Shown here: in pieces, positions 51,816 to 62,589 of the stretch
How positions within the stretch are numbered: the stretch's first letter is position 1
Layout of the letters: every line of letters begins with the position of its first letter
DNA from: Octopus sinensis
Lineage: Eukaryota
Assembly (NCBI RefSeq): GCF_006345805.1
Contig: NC_043010.1
Span: forward strand, 28,458,001 to 28,522,000
Direction of reading: 5' to 3'
Length of the DNA stretch: 64,000 nucleotides
Made by a program: the position numbers and the translations under genes
Notes under the pieces: generated by a model
What the model was told of the DNA's origin: nothing
The model's input: only the letters and a program-made list of their open reading frames with translations
The model's database searches: none

Positions 51816-52260
51816 GTAAAAAGCATCATTTGAGCATGGCCAATGCCAGTGCTGGTGGTACGTAAAAAACACTATTCAAGCGTGGTCGATCCCAGTGCCG
51901 CCTGAATGGCCCACGTGCTAGTGGCACGTAAAAAGCACCATTTTAAGTGTACTTGATGGTAGTGCTGGTGACTTGTAAAAAGCGCCATTCGAGCGTGGTC
52001 AATGCCACTTCTGCCTGACTGGCTCTTGTGCCGGTGGTATGTAAAAAGCACCATTTGAGCGTGGTCGATCCCAATGTCGCCTGAACGACCCTGTACCATT
52101 TTAAGTGTGGTCGATGGTAATGTCGGTGACACGTAAAAAGCACCATTTGAGCGTGGTCAATGCCACTTCCACCTGACTGGCTTCTGTACCAGTGGTATGT
52201 AAAAAGCACCATTCGAGTATGGTCAATGTCACTTCTGCCAGGTGGCACATAAAAGGCATC
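51816..52260 (+). repeat. Tandem array of 46-66 bp units within an RTE-family 3' region
   Basis: The anchor gtaaaaagcacc(a) or a variant occurs at 51816, 51862, 51928, 51975, 52041, 52133 and 52199, with a degenerate copy at about 52249. Confidence 0.85.
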
Positions 52261-52589
52261 TACTACACTCTCAGAGTGGTTGGCCTCATCGCTACAGAAA
52301 CCTTGCCGAATCAGATTGGAGCCTGGTGCAGCTCCTTGACTTACCAGTTTTCAGTCAAACCATCCAACCCATGCCAGCATGGAAAGTGGAGGTTAAACGA
52401 TGATGATGTTGATGTCCCTGCCCTGCCTCATCTTCTCAGTTAACTCTCCTATTCCATCACCCCCTCACCAGACATCTTTAGTTTTAAGTATGTACTCATT
52501 TCTTCAAATGTTTTTATTTATAATTATTGTAGATTGAAAAATCGATTTTTCATGCTTCAGAGTGTTCATGTTTTCCTTTTTATATTCTT

Positions 52590-53040
52590 TTATGCGGTTG
52601 TTTTGTTTTGCGATAAACCAATAACAAGAAAGATAGACAGCACGAGAGGCATTGATTATTGGGGTCGACTCAAAAAACTCAATCTCTACTCTCTCCAATA
52701 TGCCGGGAGTGCTACATCATTTGTGTTATGTGGAAAATATTCCATCAATATTGCACAAATGATGTTGGCATCAATTTTAAAATCCATCCAAGACTTGGAC
52801 CCCATGCTATCCGCCCACTACAAAGATCGAATTCAGTACATATAGCAACATTACGTCACAATTACTTTACCTCAACCGGTTCAGCTCTCTTTAATACCAA
52901 AATATGTCAAAACGGAAACGGATCCCATAAAATTCAAATGTTCACTGGACAAATTTCTTCAAAAACTCCTGGACCAACCTCCTACACCCGGATATATCTC
53001 CACCAATAATAACTCTGCCAGAGTGGGCCATGGTACCCCA
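52590..53040 (+). mobile_element. CR1/L2-group LINE 3' fragment
   Basis: ITRKIDS...YWGRLKKLNLYSLQ(RRRE)...YIICVMWKI...LFN...FKCSLDKFLQ...DQP, spread across frameshifts. Confidence 0.75.
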
Positions 53041-53206
53041 TATGTGAGTAAGGGCCTATACTGAAACTATCTATACTGAAACCTATCAAAGTTAGCATGA
53101 AAATCTGTAGAAAAATAGATTTCATGTTATGGCTAAATCTCAGAGATTCTTCTATCTCATAACCCTGACTATCCCCATATTTACAAGATGCATGATATTT
53201 TTGCAG

Positions 53207-53318
53207 CGGTCTTCGTGAAACACTGAATAGATTTGATAAAATGGTTTTTGAAACATACATTCCTGGAGATCCGACAAAATTTGGAATATTCATGGATAAA
53301 GTTGTTGGCTTCTCCTGA
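53207..53318 (+). CDS. ALG13: ALG13 terminal exon, copy a
   Basis: Acceptor tatttttgcAG. The phase-2 join gives S-GLRETLNRFDKMVFETYIPGDPTKFGIFMDKVVGFS*, matching the short ALG13 C-terminus (Y.PG.P.KF..F.DKVVG). Total protein 167 aa. Confidence 0.8.
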
Positions 53319-54235
53319 TGAACCGATTCTTCACTCTGACCAAACTCTGACTCGGAGCCCCCCTCTCCCAAATTTCTTCAATTTTCATTTTGCAACATTT
53401 AGTGCCCACAGGGCACTAAACACAGAAGGGACAAACAAGGACAGACAAACGGATTAAGTCGATTACATCGACTCCAGTGCGTAACTGGTACTTAATTTAT
53501 CGACCCCGAAAGGATGAAAGGCAAAGTCGACTTCGGCGGAATTTGAACTCAGAACGTAGCGGCAGACGAAATACCGCTAAGCATTTCGCCCGGCGTGCTA
53601 ACGATTCTGCCAGGAAAAGGGAGAAATGAAAGAATAATGCCAAAGCCGGTTAGTAGTCTAAGGGAAGAAACTCTATCGCGAACTGAAAGCAATAATATAG
53701 TTTGAGACTGAATTGCCTCCCTTGAATCATCTTTATGTCTTGAATTACCTCCCCTGTATCTCTCTCCCTATCTTTTTTTTAATTGTTCACCATTCAAGTG
53801 AATATTTAAAGAAAATTCATGTTTATACGAAATTTTCACTTGCAGAGATATATTTACTTATCTTTTAATAAAGAAAAAATTCGCGACAACATCAGAGAAA
53901 ATACTTCACAGGGTTCGTACCAGTTCTTGACTTTCTGAATTTAACTCAGACCGAAGTGAATTATGCTTTCAATGTTTATAAAAAAAGTATTATTCAAGAA
54001 CTGGAATGAATTCGAACTAATTCCACCAGTCTTCACGTTCATCTCGTAACTGCTGGCCTTCAGCTTAAATCAGAAGTTATCATTATTATTATTATTATCT
54101 TTATTAAATTCTGCTGGTGTTAACTTTGCCTTTCATCAGGGTGGATAAATTAATTACCAGTAAAACACTGGGGTCGATGTAATCGACTCGTCCCTCTCCT
54201 CGCAAATTTCAGGCCTTGTGCCTTTAGCAGAAAGG

Positions 54236-54269
54236 ATTATTATTATTATTATCATTATTATTGTTACTA

Positions 54270-54300
<31 letters not shown>

Positions 54301-54337
54301 TATTATTATCATTATCATTATTATTACTATATTATTA

Positions 54338-54368
<31 letters not shown>

Positions 54369-54455
54369 TATTATTATCATTATCATTATTATTATTATTA
54401 CTATTGTTATTATTATTATTATTATCATTATTATTATTATTATTATTATTATTAA
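54236..54455. repeat. Long compound (ATT)n/(ATC) trinucleotide microsatellite
   Basis: Read directly. It lies between the two terminal-exon copies. Confidence 0.95.
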
Positions 54456-54651
54456 TATTTATAGGACTGAGGTAATTCCTCCAGAAGATATAGAAGCAAA
54501 AACAGAAGAGTTCCATTGTCTTTCACAGGTTCAAAAAAATAAACTTGTTGTTCACTTGATAACAATGCCACACTTCCATTTTCGCTTCTATTATTATTGT
54601 TATTATTATTATTATTATTTTGATTATTTTTATCTTTTCCTATTTTTGCAG

Positions 54652-54763
54652 CAGTCTTCGTGAAACACTGAATAGATTTGATAAAATGGTTTTTGAAACA
54701 TACATTCCTGGAGATCCGACAAAATTTGGAATATTCATGGATAAAGTTGTTGGCTTCTCCTGA
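54652..54763 (+). CDS. ALG13: ALG13 terminal exon, copy b
   Basis: Longer pyrimidine tract ttttatcttttcctatttttgcAG. Encodes S-SLRETLNRFDK...DKVVGFS*. Identical to copy a except A54653 versus G53208. Confidence 0.8.
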
Positions 54764-55452
54764 TGAACCGATTCTTCACTCTGACCAAACTCTGACTCGG
54801 AGCCCCCCTCTCCCAAATTTCTTCAATTTTCATTTTGCAACATTTTTTTTTCCTCTCATCATTCCTCTTAGTCTTTGTTCCTTTCTGTTTGTTACATTTT
54901 TGTTTTCGTTTTTTTTTTTGTTATTTACATGTTTAGTAATGATTTCAACATTTAGGCTCAAGCCAACAATGTTGAGGCCGGACAGCATGGAGTAGTCTAT
55001 ACCAGCAGCTAATTGACCTGAAGGAACTTGGGACACTGCAGACAACATCAAAGGACTAAATGCAGCAACACACAAGAAAATGATGGGGGGGGGGGTTACA
55101 GTATTTTACTTTTTACTTGTTTCACACATTAGACTGCGCCCATGCTGGAGCACTGCCTCAAAGAGTTTCAGTCGAATGAATCAATCCCATGACTAATTTC
55201 CTTAGGCCTGGTGCTTATTCTGTCAGTCTCTTTTACTGAATTGCTAAGTTATAGGGCCATAAACCCACCAACACCAGTTGTCAAGCAGTGGTGGCAGACA
55301 AACGCATGCATGCACATGCATACGCACTCACATGCTCTTTTAAATATTCTAAATGTGAAACTGTCACTTTTTTAATTAGGCAGGGCTTTATATTTGAAAC
55401 ATAATTAATTTGTTATATACAATTCACAAATATATATATGTGTGTGTGTGTT

Positions 55453-55665
55453 TGAAAGGGTGCTGGAAAGTTCCTGGCTTTGAAGGTTTCATGAAAAACC
55501 TGGTTTGAGGTTCACTCTTCCAAGTCTTTTCACAGGGCTTAGAAAAACTGAAGGATTGCTGAAATGAGTGTGTGAATCTGTGAGAAGAGATTATGTTGAA
55601 TGAAATCATAATTAACTGATCCTCCTGTATTTTCTTTTACCAGGAACTTTATGGCACCCACTCAT
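55453..55665 (+). mobile_element. Mariner-derived MITE
   Basis: Inverted ends gggtgctggaaagttcctgg and ccaggaactttatggcaccc. The interior has a decayed transposase C-terminus (..ECVN...DYVE*). Confidence 0.55.
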
Positions 55666-56870
55666 GTGTGTGTATGTAAATATATCAGAAAATAAGTAGA
55701 ATCATTATATATATATATTATATATATATATATATATAAAAGAAAAATAAGAAAATAGAGATGAATCAATCAATAATTATATTGAAACAAATTCAGTTTG
55801 TTCATCAACTTACGGATATTATAATGTTAGATTATTTATTCATTTTACAAATAAGAACATCAAAAGCATACAAAATATTATATAAATCAATAGATAATAT
55901 AATAATACAAATACAGTTTTTAAAAGTCATATCCTATAGTGGGTTAAACCCATAACCCTTATCTTACTTTATATATATATTAAAAAAACAGAGAAGACCC
56001 TCAATGCATCAGAATGTCTTGTAGTTTATTGAAATTAAGCAATATCTTATTTCTGTATATAGTTCTTATATGAAGTTGTTCTTGTTTTATGCTTAAGATA
56101 TAAATAACATCTTTTATTAAGTTTGGCACATTTTTACATTTATGTCAATTGAGATTTTGAGAAAGTATTTCCTTTATTTATTTTTGATTCTGTGATATTG
56201 TTTTATTTCAGTGATTGCCTTCCACTCTGTTGTGATAAAATGTATTTGATTAAAATATGTTATGTATAGGCATTCTTTGTTGTTACTCATATTATTTTGT
56301 TTTCTCATTTCATAAGGCAAAAGCTTGTCTGTGTGATTAAACAAAGCTTTTGTTTGCCAACCATGTGGTTTGGGTTCAGTTCCTCTGTGTGACACCTTGC
56401 GCAAGTATATGTTGGCCCTCACGGAGCATGTTCTTCAAATTTTGGGCCTCACCGAGGCAATGACAAGTAACCAAGACCTTTGGCAATATGCTGTACTTGA
56501 GGAGACTTCTCAAGCCAAGTGAAACTGTAGTCTTTGCCATTGTCATGTAAACGGCACCCGTGCCAGTGGCATGTAAAACCACCCATTACACTCTTGGAGT
56601 ATTTGGCATTAAGAAGAACATCCAGCCATAGAAACCATGTCAAATCAGACTGGAACCTGGTGCAGCTTTCTGGCTTACCAGTTCCAGTCAAACCACCTAA
56701 CCCATGCCAGCATGGAAAGCAAACACTAAAGGAAGATAATAAAAACATAAAAAAACATAAAAACTTTCTCACCTTCCTGAGTGTTAAACTAATACGCCTG
56801 TTTGTTGTTTACACACCTGTCTTCGTCTTCAGTTTTTTTGTAAATTCCAACTATATATATCTATATATAT

Positions 56871-56900
56871 ACTAGCAGTATTGCCCAACTTGTGCGCTCA
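56871..56900 (-). mobile_element. Possible Helitron-like 3' terminus
   Basis: The minus strand ends ...gggcaatactgCTAG/T into (TA)n. The subterminal hairpin is poorly preserved. Confidence 0.25.
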
Positions 56901-57452
56901 TGTGTTTTATGCACGTGCGAATTAAGCTAAACTTGGATGAAGTTCAATCAAAATTCAATTATTTTGGTTTTAAAATCAAGCATTTAATGCCCTCTATTTT
57001 TGCACTTATGTGTTCCATTTCCTCAATAGGAAGTACGTAGAAGTGTTTCATAAAGTTTTGTTGATCAAATAATTGCATTGTTGAATTATTCTTTTAGATC
57101 AGTATTTCTCAACGGGGATTTCAGGGGAGAGTTTCAGGGAGTCGCTGGCGATATATCGTGATGATCAAAAATCCGGCCTGCTAAAATTTGGTTAAAGTGA
57201 TTCAAACTGCAGACTCAACGCGAAATGGTCACATTTAATTCAAAGCGTTAAAAATGTTATGAAAACAATTGGTATATGTTCACAAAGTCCAAACAATTAA
57301 TACGAAAAAACCCTCCAGGCTACAACCCGAAAATTCATTTCTTTGCTGAATTTCTACAATGTTTACGGCGATTCGTTTTTATATCTTGATTTTTTATTTT
57401 TCATGCAATTTACACATGCTTGCACTCGTGATGAACACAGTTCACGTCAAAC

Positions 57453-57552
57453 NNNNNNNNNNNNNNNNNNNNNNNNNNNNNNNNNNNNNNNNNNNNNNNN
57501 NNNNNNNNNNNNNNNNNNNNNNNNNNNNNNNNNNNNNNNNNNNNNNNNNNNN
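57453..57552. other. Assembly gap (100 N)
   Basis: A run of exactly 100 Ns, typical of a placeholder for a gap of unknown size. Confidence 1.
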
Positions 57553-58099
57553 GTACTCACAACCCCTATATTAATGTTATATATATATATATATATTGCT
57601 CTGTGATAAAAAAACAAATAGGTTTGCATAAATCGACGAAATAATCGGCGAAAACTGATAAAAAACGTAGAACTTGCTAACTCATAGCGGTCTACTAGTA
57701 CATATTAGTTAAAAACCGTAATATATTTCGCTCCAAGCCAAATATAATACACAAAAGTTAATTACGCACGCCAGATTTCCCGTCGAAAAAAGCACGTGGT
57801 GACATCTCTTAAGTTTATTTCCAATCGACTGTAACAAGCAAAAAGAACCGTTTTCTATTCTTTTTTGAAAGAAAACCTCTTCGTATAGGGAGACGATTTT
57901 GGGACTTCTACCTCTTATAAGATTAGTACCCCTTTTCATTTGTTTAATTTCCCGTAATTCAATGTAAGGACCTATTCTCTGTTTACATTCTGTTAATAAT
58001 CTTTCAATTTCTGCTTCAGCTCCGTTTTTGTCAATTTCTCAATACATCTCTTTAAAATTATTCAATTTTGGATAGGCATATATTTATTTGTTGCTTTAC

Positions 58100-58134
<35 letters not shown>

Positions 58135-59189
58135 GATATATATATAATATATATATATTTACTCAGCCCCTCAATCTCCCTAATATATAGACACGAACAT
58201 TAGAAGTATAGTCGCAATTAGTTTAGAAGAAAACATTTGTAGCTACGGACAGGTATATATTTATAATTTACATTCTGTTAATAATCTTTCAATTTCTGTT
58301 TCAGCTTCGTTTTTGTCATTTTCTCACTATATCTCATAATTATTCAACTTTAGATAGGTGTATATTTATTTGTTGCTTTATTTATATATATATATATATT
58401 TTCTCTATTTTTTCTCAGCCTCTCAATCTTCCTAAATATATAGACGCGAACATTAGAAATATAGTCGTAATTAGTTCAGAAGAAAATTCTCGTAGAACTT
58501 TCGTAGCTGCAGATAGATATATATTTATTTGTTGCACAAATATATATTTATTTCTCTCTCTGTCTCTTCACTTCTCTCATAGTTGCGAATAGATAGATAT
58601 TTATAATTAGCTTAGAAGAAAACTTCGTAGCGGCAGATAGATATATATTTATTTGTTGCATAACCTCCCCTCTTTCTTTTCTTTCTCTCTCTGTCTCTTC
58701 ACTTCTCTCTATCACACCATCTTTCTTCTCTCAGCCGCTCAATCTTTTGCATCACTTCCCCTCTTTCATCTCTTTCTCTATCACACCATCTTTCTTCTCT
58801 CATCCTCTCAATCTTCCTAAATATATAGACTCTCTCTCACTTTCATCTTATCTTCTCTCAGCCGCTCAATCTTTTGCATAACCTCTTCTCTTTCATTTCT
58901 TTCTCTCTCTGTCTCTTCACTTCTCTCCCTCACGCCTCTTTCTCTGTCTCTTCACTTCTCCACTTCTCTCTGTCACACCATCTTTCCTCTCTCAGCCTCT
59001 CAATCTTTCTAAATATATAGACGCGAACTTTCTCCTCTCACTCTCTCTTACTCTCTTCTTATCTTCTCTCAGCTCTCAATCTCTCTAAATACATAGACAC
59101 TTACTTTCTCTACTTCTTCTCTACCCTCTATCACACTGTTAAATTTTAAATATAATTAGATAGATATATAAATAAAATATCCAAAAAAT

Positions 59190-60510
59190 GTCCAGAACCT
59201 GGAGGAGTATGGAATTGGCATTGTCTGAGAGCCTATTAATGTGCTGACGGAGATAACCCGAACAACATAATTACAGCTGCGCTGAAGAGCAATGGTTACA
59301 CAAGGACGTTAGCACAGATAGAGCGAAAGAAGCAGGAGTTTATACGCTCCTATGCACTCATAAGATCCCATATCAGCACGCTTGATGCCATCTTTGACAA
59401 CGAACAAAGCAAAGATGACAAGGATGGAGGTATGGGTGCTGATGAAAGATGTCAACCCCACTTGGTAGACACCCAGGACAACAAAGAAGATTCAAGTGAG
59501 AAACCTGCCCGGCAAGTAAACCCAAGTGCAAGTGCCCCTACCAGCATCAAAAGGCAAAAACCACGGAGATGAAAGAGACAAAAAAGAAGTAAAAAACTAA
59601 AAGAAAAACAAAAGCTGAAACACCCAAAGAAGGAAAAACAAAAGCTCAAACAAAACCAAAAGATGAAACAGCCAAGGATAGAAGCAAACCTGACTATCCA
59701 TATACCAAAAAGGATCGAAAGAGACAGCACACACGAATGTGTAAATTCTACCTGAAAGGTGTCTGCTGGCATGGAGAGGAAGGTGCAGGCTGCCGTTTTG
59801 CACACCAAAGACCCTGCTACATAAACATGAAACAGGGCAGAAACCAGCTGCCAAAAGGAAAAGGAGAGGACCACGCACCACCTGCTCCAAAACGGAGGTA
59901 CGCAGATGTAGTGCGTGTTACAAACCATCAACATGTTATTGAAAGGGCAGCTGCTGAACAAGAATCTTTTTGTGCATGGCACAAAAGATTGTACAGCAGC
60001 TAACCTGGCTCCATCAAACTCAGACTCACAGATGGGACTATCCACAATACACAAGACCGCCAAATAGACCCAAGGTGGACACCACTGGCAACAACACACA
60101 CATCACCTACTGAACATCAGAGGACTGCTAACACTCAGAAACAGGACAAAAATCCCTTTCTTGAGAGACCTTGTTGCATGCAATCAAGCCTTATGCATAG
60201 CACTTACGGAAACACACCTGAAACCGGACATAGCAAATGCGGAAATACACATACCACAGTATGTTGTATTACGGACCGACAGAAAAGAAAGGAGTCATGT
60301 TGGAGTTGCTATGTACATCTGCGAGTACCTCACACCCCAGGTCCTTTTGTCATACTCAAATTCGGTGTGTGACACACTAATTGTACATATAAGGCAACTT
60401 GGTGTAGTTATATGTGCTACATATCGCCCTCCAGATGCTCCAAGCCATGTAGGCAAGTTTGAAGACTGCCTTACAAAAACAGAAGTTCTAGTCACATTAG
60501 AACAACACAA
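59190..60510 (+). mobile_element. LINE 5' half (CCCH zinc-finger ORF1 + start of APE endonuclease), CR1/Jockey group, 3'-truncated
   Basis: CKFYLKGVCWHGEEGAGCRFAH; LLNIRGL; IALTETHL; RTDRKERSHVGVAMY; TYRPPD. Confidence 0.8.
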
Positions 60511-60591
60511 GTGTACTTCTTATGCACATGAAAGGTTGCATCATTAGTCATGTAAATACCCAGGTCTCGCACTGATTGTGCCTCTGGGATT

Positions 60592-60834
60592 GCACAAAAG
60601 ATTACAACAAATATATTATACATTCTCAAGATAATTTCCAGAAGGAATTATTAAAAAGTTCAGTGGAATATTGGTATACACGCACAGAATATTATGAGTT
60701 CAAAAAGGTTTACATTATAATAGTAGGGAAGCTAAAACTGACCTGTGTATACCAATATTCCACTGAACTTTTTAATAATTCCTTCTGGAAATTATCTTGA
60801 GAATGTATAATATATTTGTTGTAATCTTTTGTGC
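60592..60834. repeat. Perfect 90-bp inverted repeat with 63-nt spacer
   Basis: 60592-60681 is the exact reverse complement of 60745-60834. Confidence 0.95.
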
Positions 60835-61434
60835 CCAATATTTCAATGAACTTGTTAAACTTTTTTGTATTCTTAACATGCTCTTGTCGCCAAAGAATGT
60901 ATATATATATATATATATCGATATATATAAATACATACATATATATATATGTGTGTGTTGATGAAGGAAATGATCTTTGATTCTAATCCAGAAACGTATG
61001 CGTCCATAATTGTCCGGAGACTGTTGGATTTCGTTATTTTTCTTCGTTTTTTTGCCATAAAATGAGTTACAAATACTGTTGTCTGTGGGACATATTTTTG
61101 TAGTAAAAGAAGTAACAGACTTCTGGCTGCTATTTCTAATACTTTCGGTATGTGGTCTAGCAACCTGTTGCAAAGACCCCCATTGTTATAAATATATATG
61201 TATATTTTTTTCTAGTTTTAGCTCAGAGCTGCGGCCAGGCACCGATATATGTATGTATATATATATATATATAACGGAAGCTTTATGAAAATAGACAAAA
61301 GACGAAGGCAGGTTTATATATATATAAATACATATATATATATACATATATACCACCCACATTATATGTATATATATATAAATCCATTATATAGATAATA
61401 TATAGATATAAAATACATACATATATATATATAT

Positions 61435-61475
<41 letters not shown>

Positions 61476-61909
61476 ATGTATGTATGTATGTGTGTGTGTG
61501 TGTGTGTGTGTGTATTTAATTTATCTCCAGCCAAATTTATGAAGGAAAAAGAATTGTTCTCTTTTCTTTTTTAAAAGAAAGCTTCTTCGTACAAGCACGA
61601 GGATTTGGATTTTACCTTTTGCGAATAAGTATCCTTTTCATTTGTTTATTTTCCTTTAATGTAAGGTAACATCTGAGTTACGAGTTACGACTCCATCTTT
61701 GTTTACATTCTGAGAATAATTTTCTTTCAATTTCTGTTTCAGCGTCCACTTCGCTTTCAATCTATCTTTCATTTTATCTCTATAAAACTAATATTTAAAA
61801 ATTCTTTTCATTTGTTGATTTTCCTGTAATTTAAGTTAACATCTGAGTTACGACTGAGTTAGAAATATAATCGTAATTAGTTTAGAATTATATATTTGTT
61901 TCGTTTCCC

Positions 61910-62580
61910 CACTCTCTTCATATCTACCCTCTTCTTCTCCCCTCCCTAACATATTTTCCTCCACTTCCAGCTCCTCGCTCCCTTCCTTTATCTCTCTTTA
62001 CGCCTACTCTTTCCCTCTGTCTTGTATATCTTACTCATTCTCTCATCTCTCTCCCTCCTTTTCATATCCTCCTCTTTTCTCATTTCTCTTTCCTTTCCAT
62101 CTCACATCTACCTCTCCTCTCGTCACCTCACCCTCTCTCTCTCATATACTTCTCATTTGCCCATTCTTCTCACTCCGTCTCTCCCTCTCTCTCACATCTT
62201 TCATCCTTTCCTGTCTCTTCTTCACTCTGTCTCTCTTTCTCTTGCTATCCTCTCCCTCCCTCTGTCTCTCTTTCTCTTCCCCTCCTCTCCTTCACTCTGC
62301 CTCTCTTTATCTTCCCCCCTTCTTCTTCACTCTATCTCTCTTTCTATTCCCTTCCTTTCCCTCACGTTGTCTCTCTTTGTCTCTCCTTCCTCTACCTTCC
62401 TCTATCTCTTTAATATGCCACACCCCCTTGCTTTCCTCCTATCACCCTCTCGATTTCTTACATAGCACCTCTCTCTTTCCTTCATATCTCCCTCTCTCTT
62501 TCCCTATTTCCCCCTCTGTGTTTCTCCGTCTCTACCTCTCTCTATCTCTCATTACCTCTCTAGCCTCTACTCCCTCTCTG
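61910..62580. repeat. Pyrimidine-rich (CT) low-complexity tract
   Basis: Read directly. A comparable tract with internal duplications lies at about 58550-59130. Confidence 0.85.
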
Positions 62581-62589
62581 GGCTTCAAA

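Noticed and set aside
51816-52260. CRISPR-like repeat/spacer appearance
   Set aside because: The spacers are homologous to each other, the repeats are degenerate, there are no cas genes, and the array lies within a eukaryotic retroelement.
53315-53345. CTGATGA as a hammerhead core or C/D box
   Set aside because: It is the ALG13 stop-codon context, with no stem II or GAAA partner.
52982-53457. ORF-track proteins 52982-53371(-), 53233-53457(+) and 54678-54995(+)
   Set aside because: They are antisense or out-of-frame readings of the ALG13 terminal exon.
57709-57939. Helitron helicase fragment
   Set aside because: The resemblance (FSTGNL, YEEVF) is weak and the motifs are in the wrong order.
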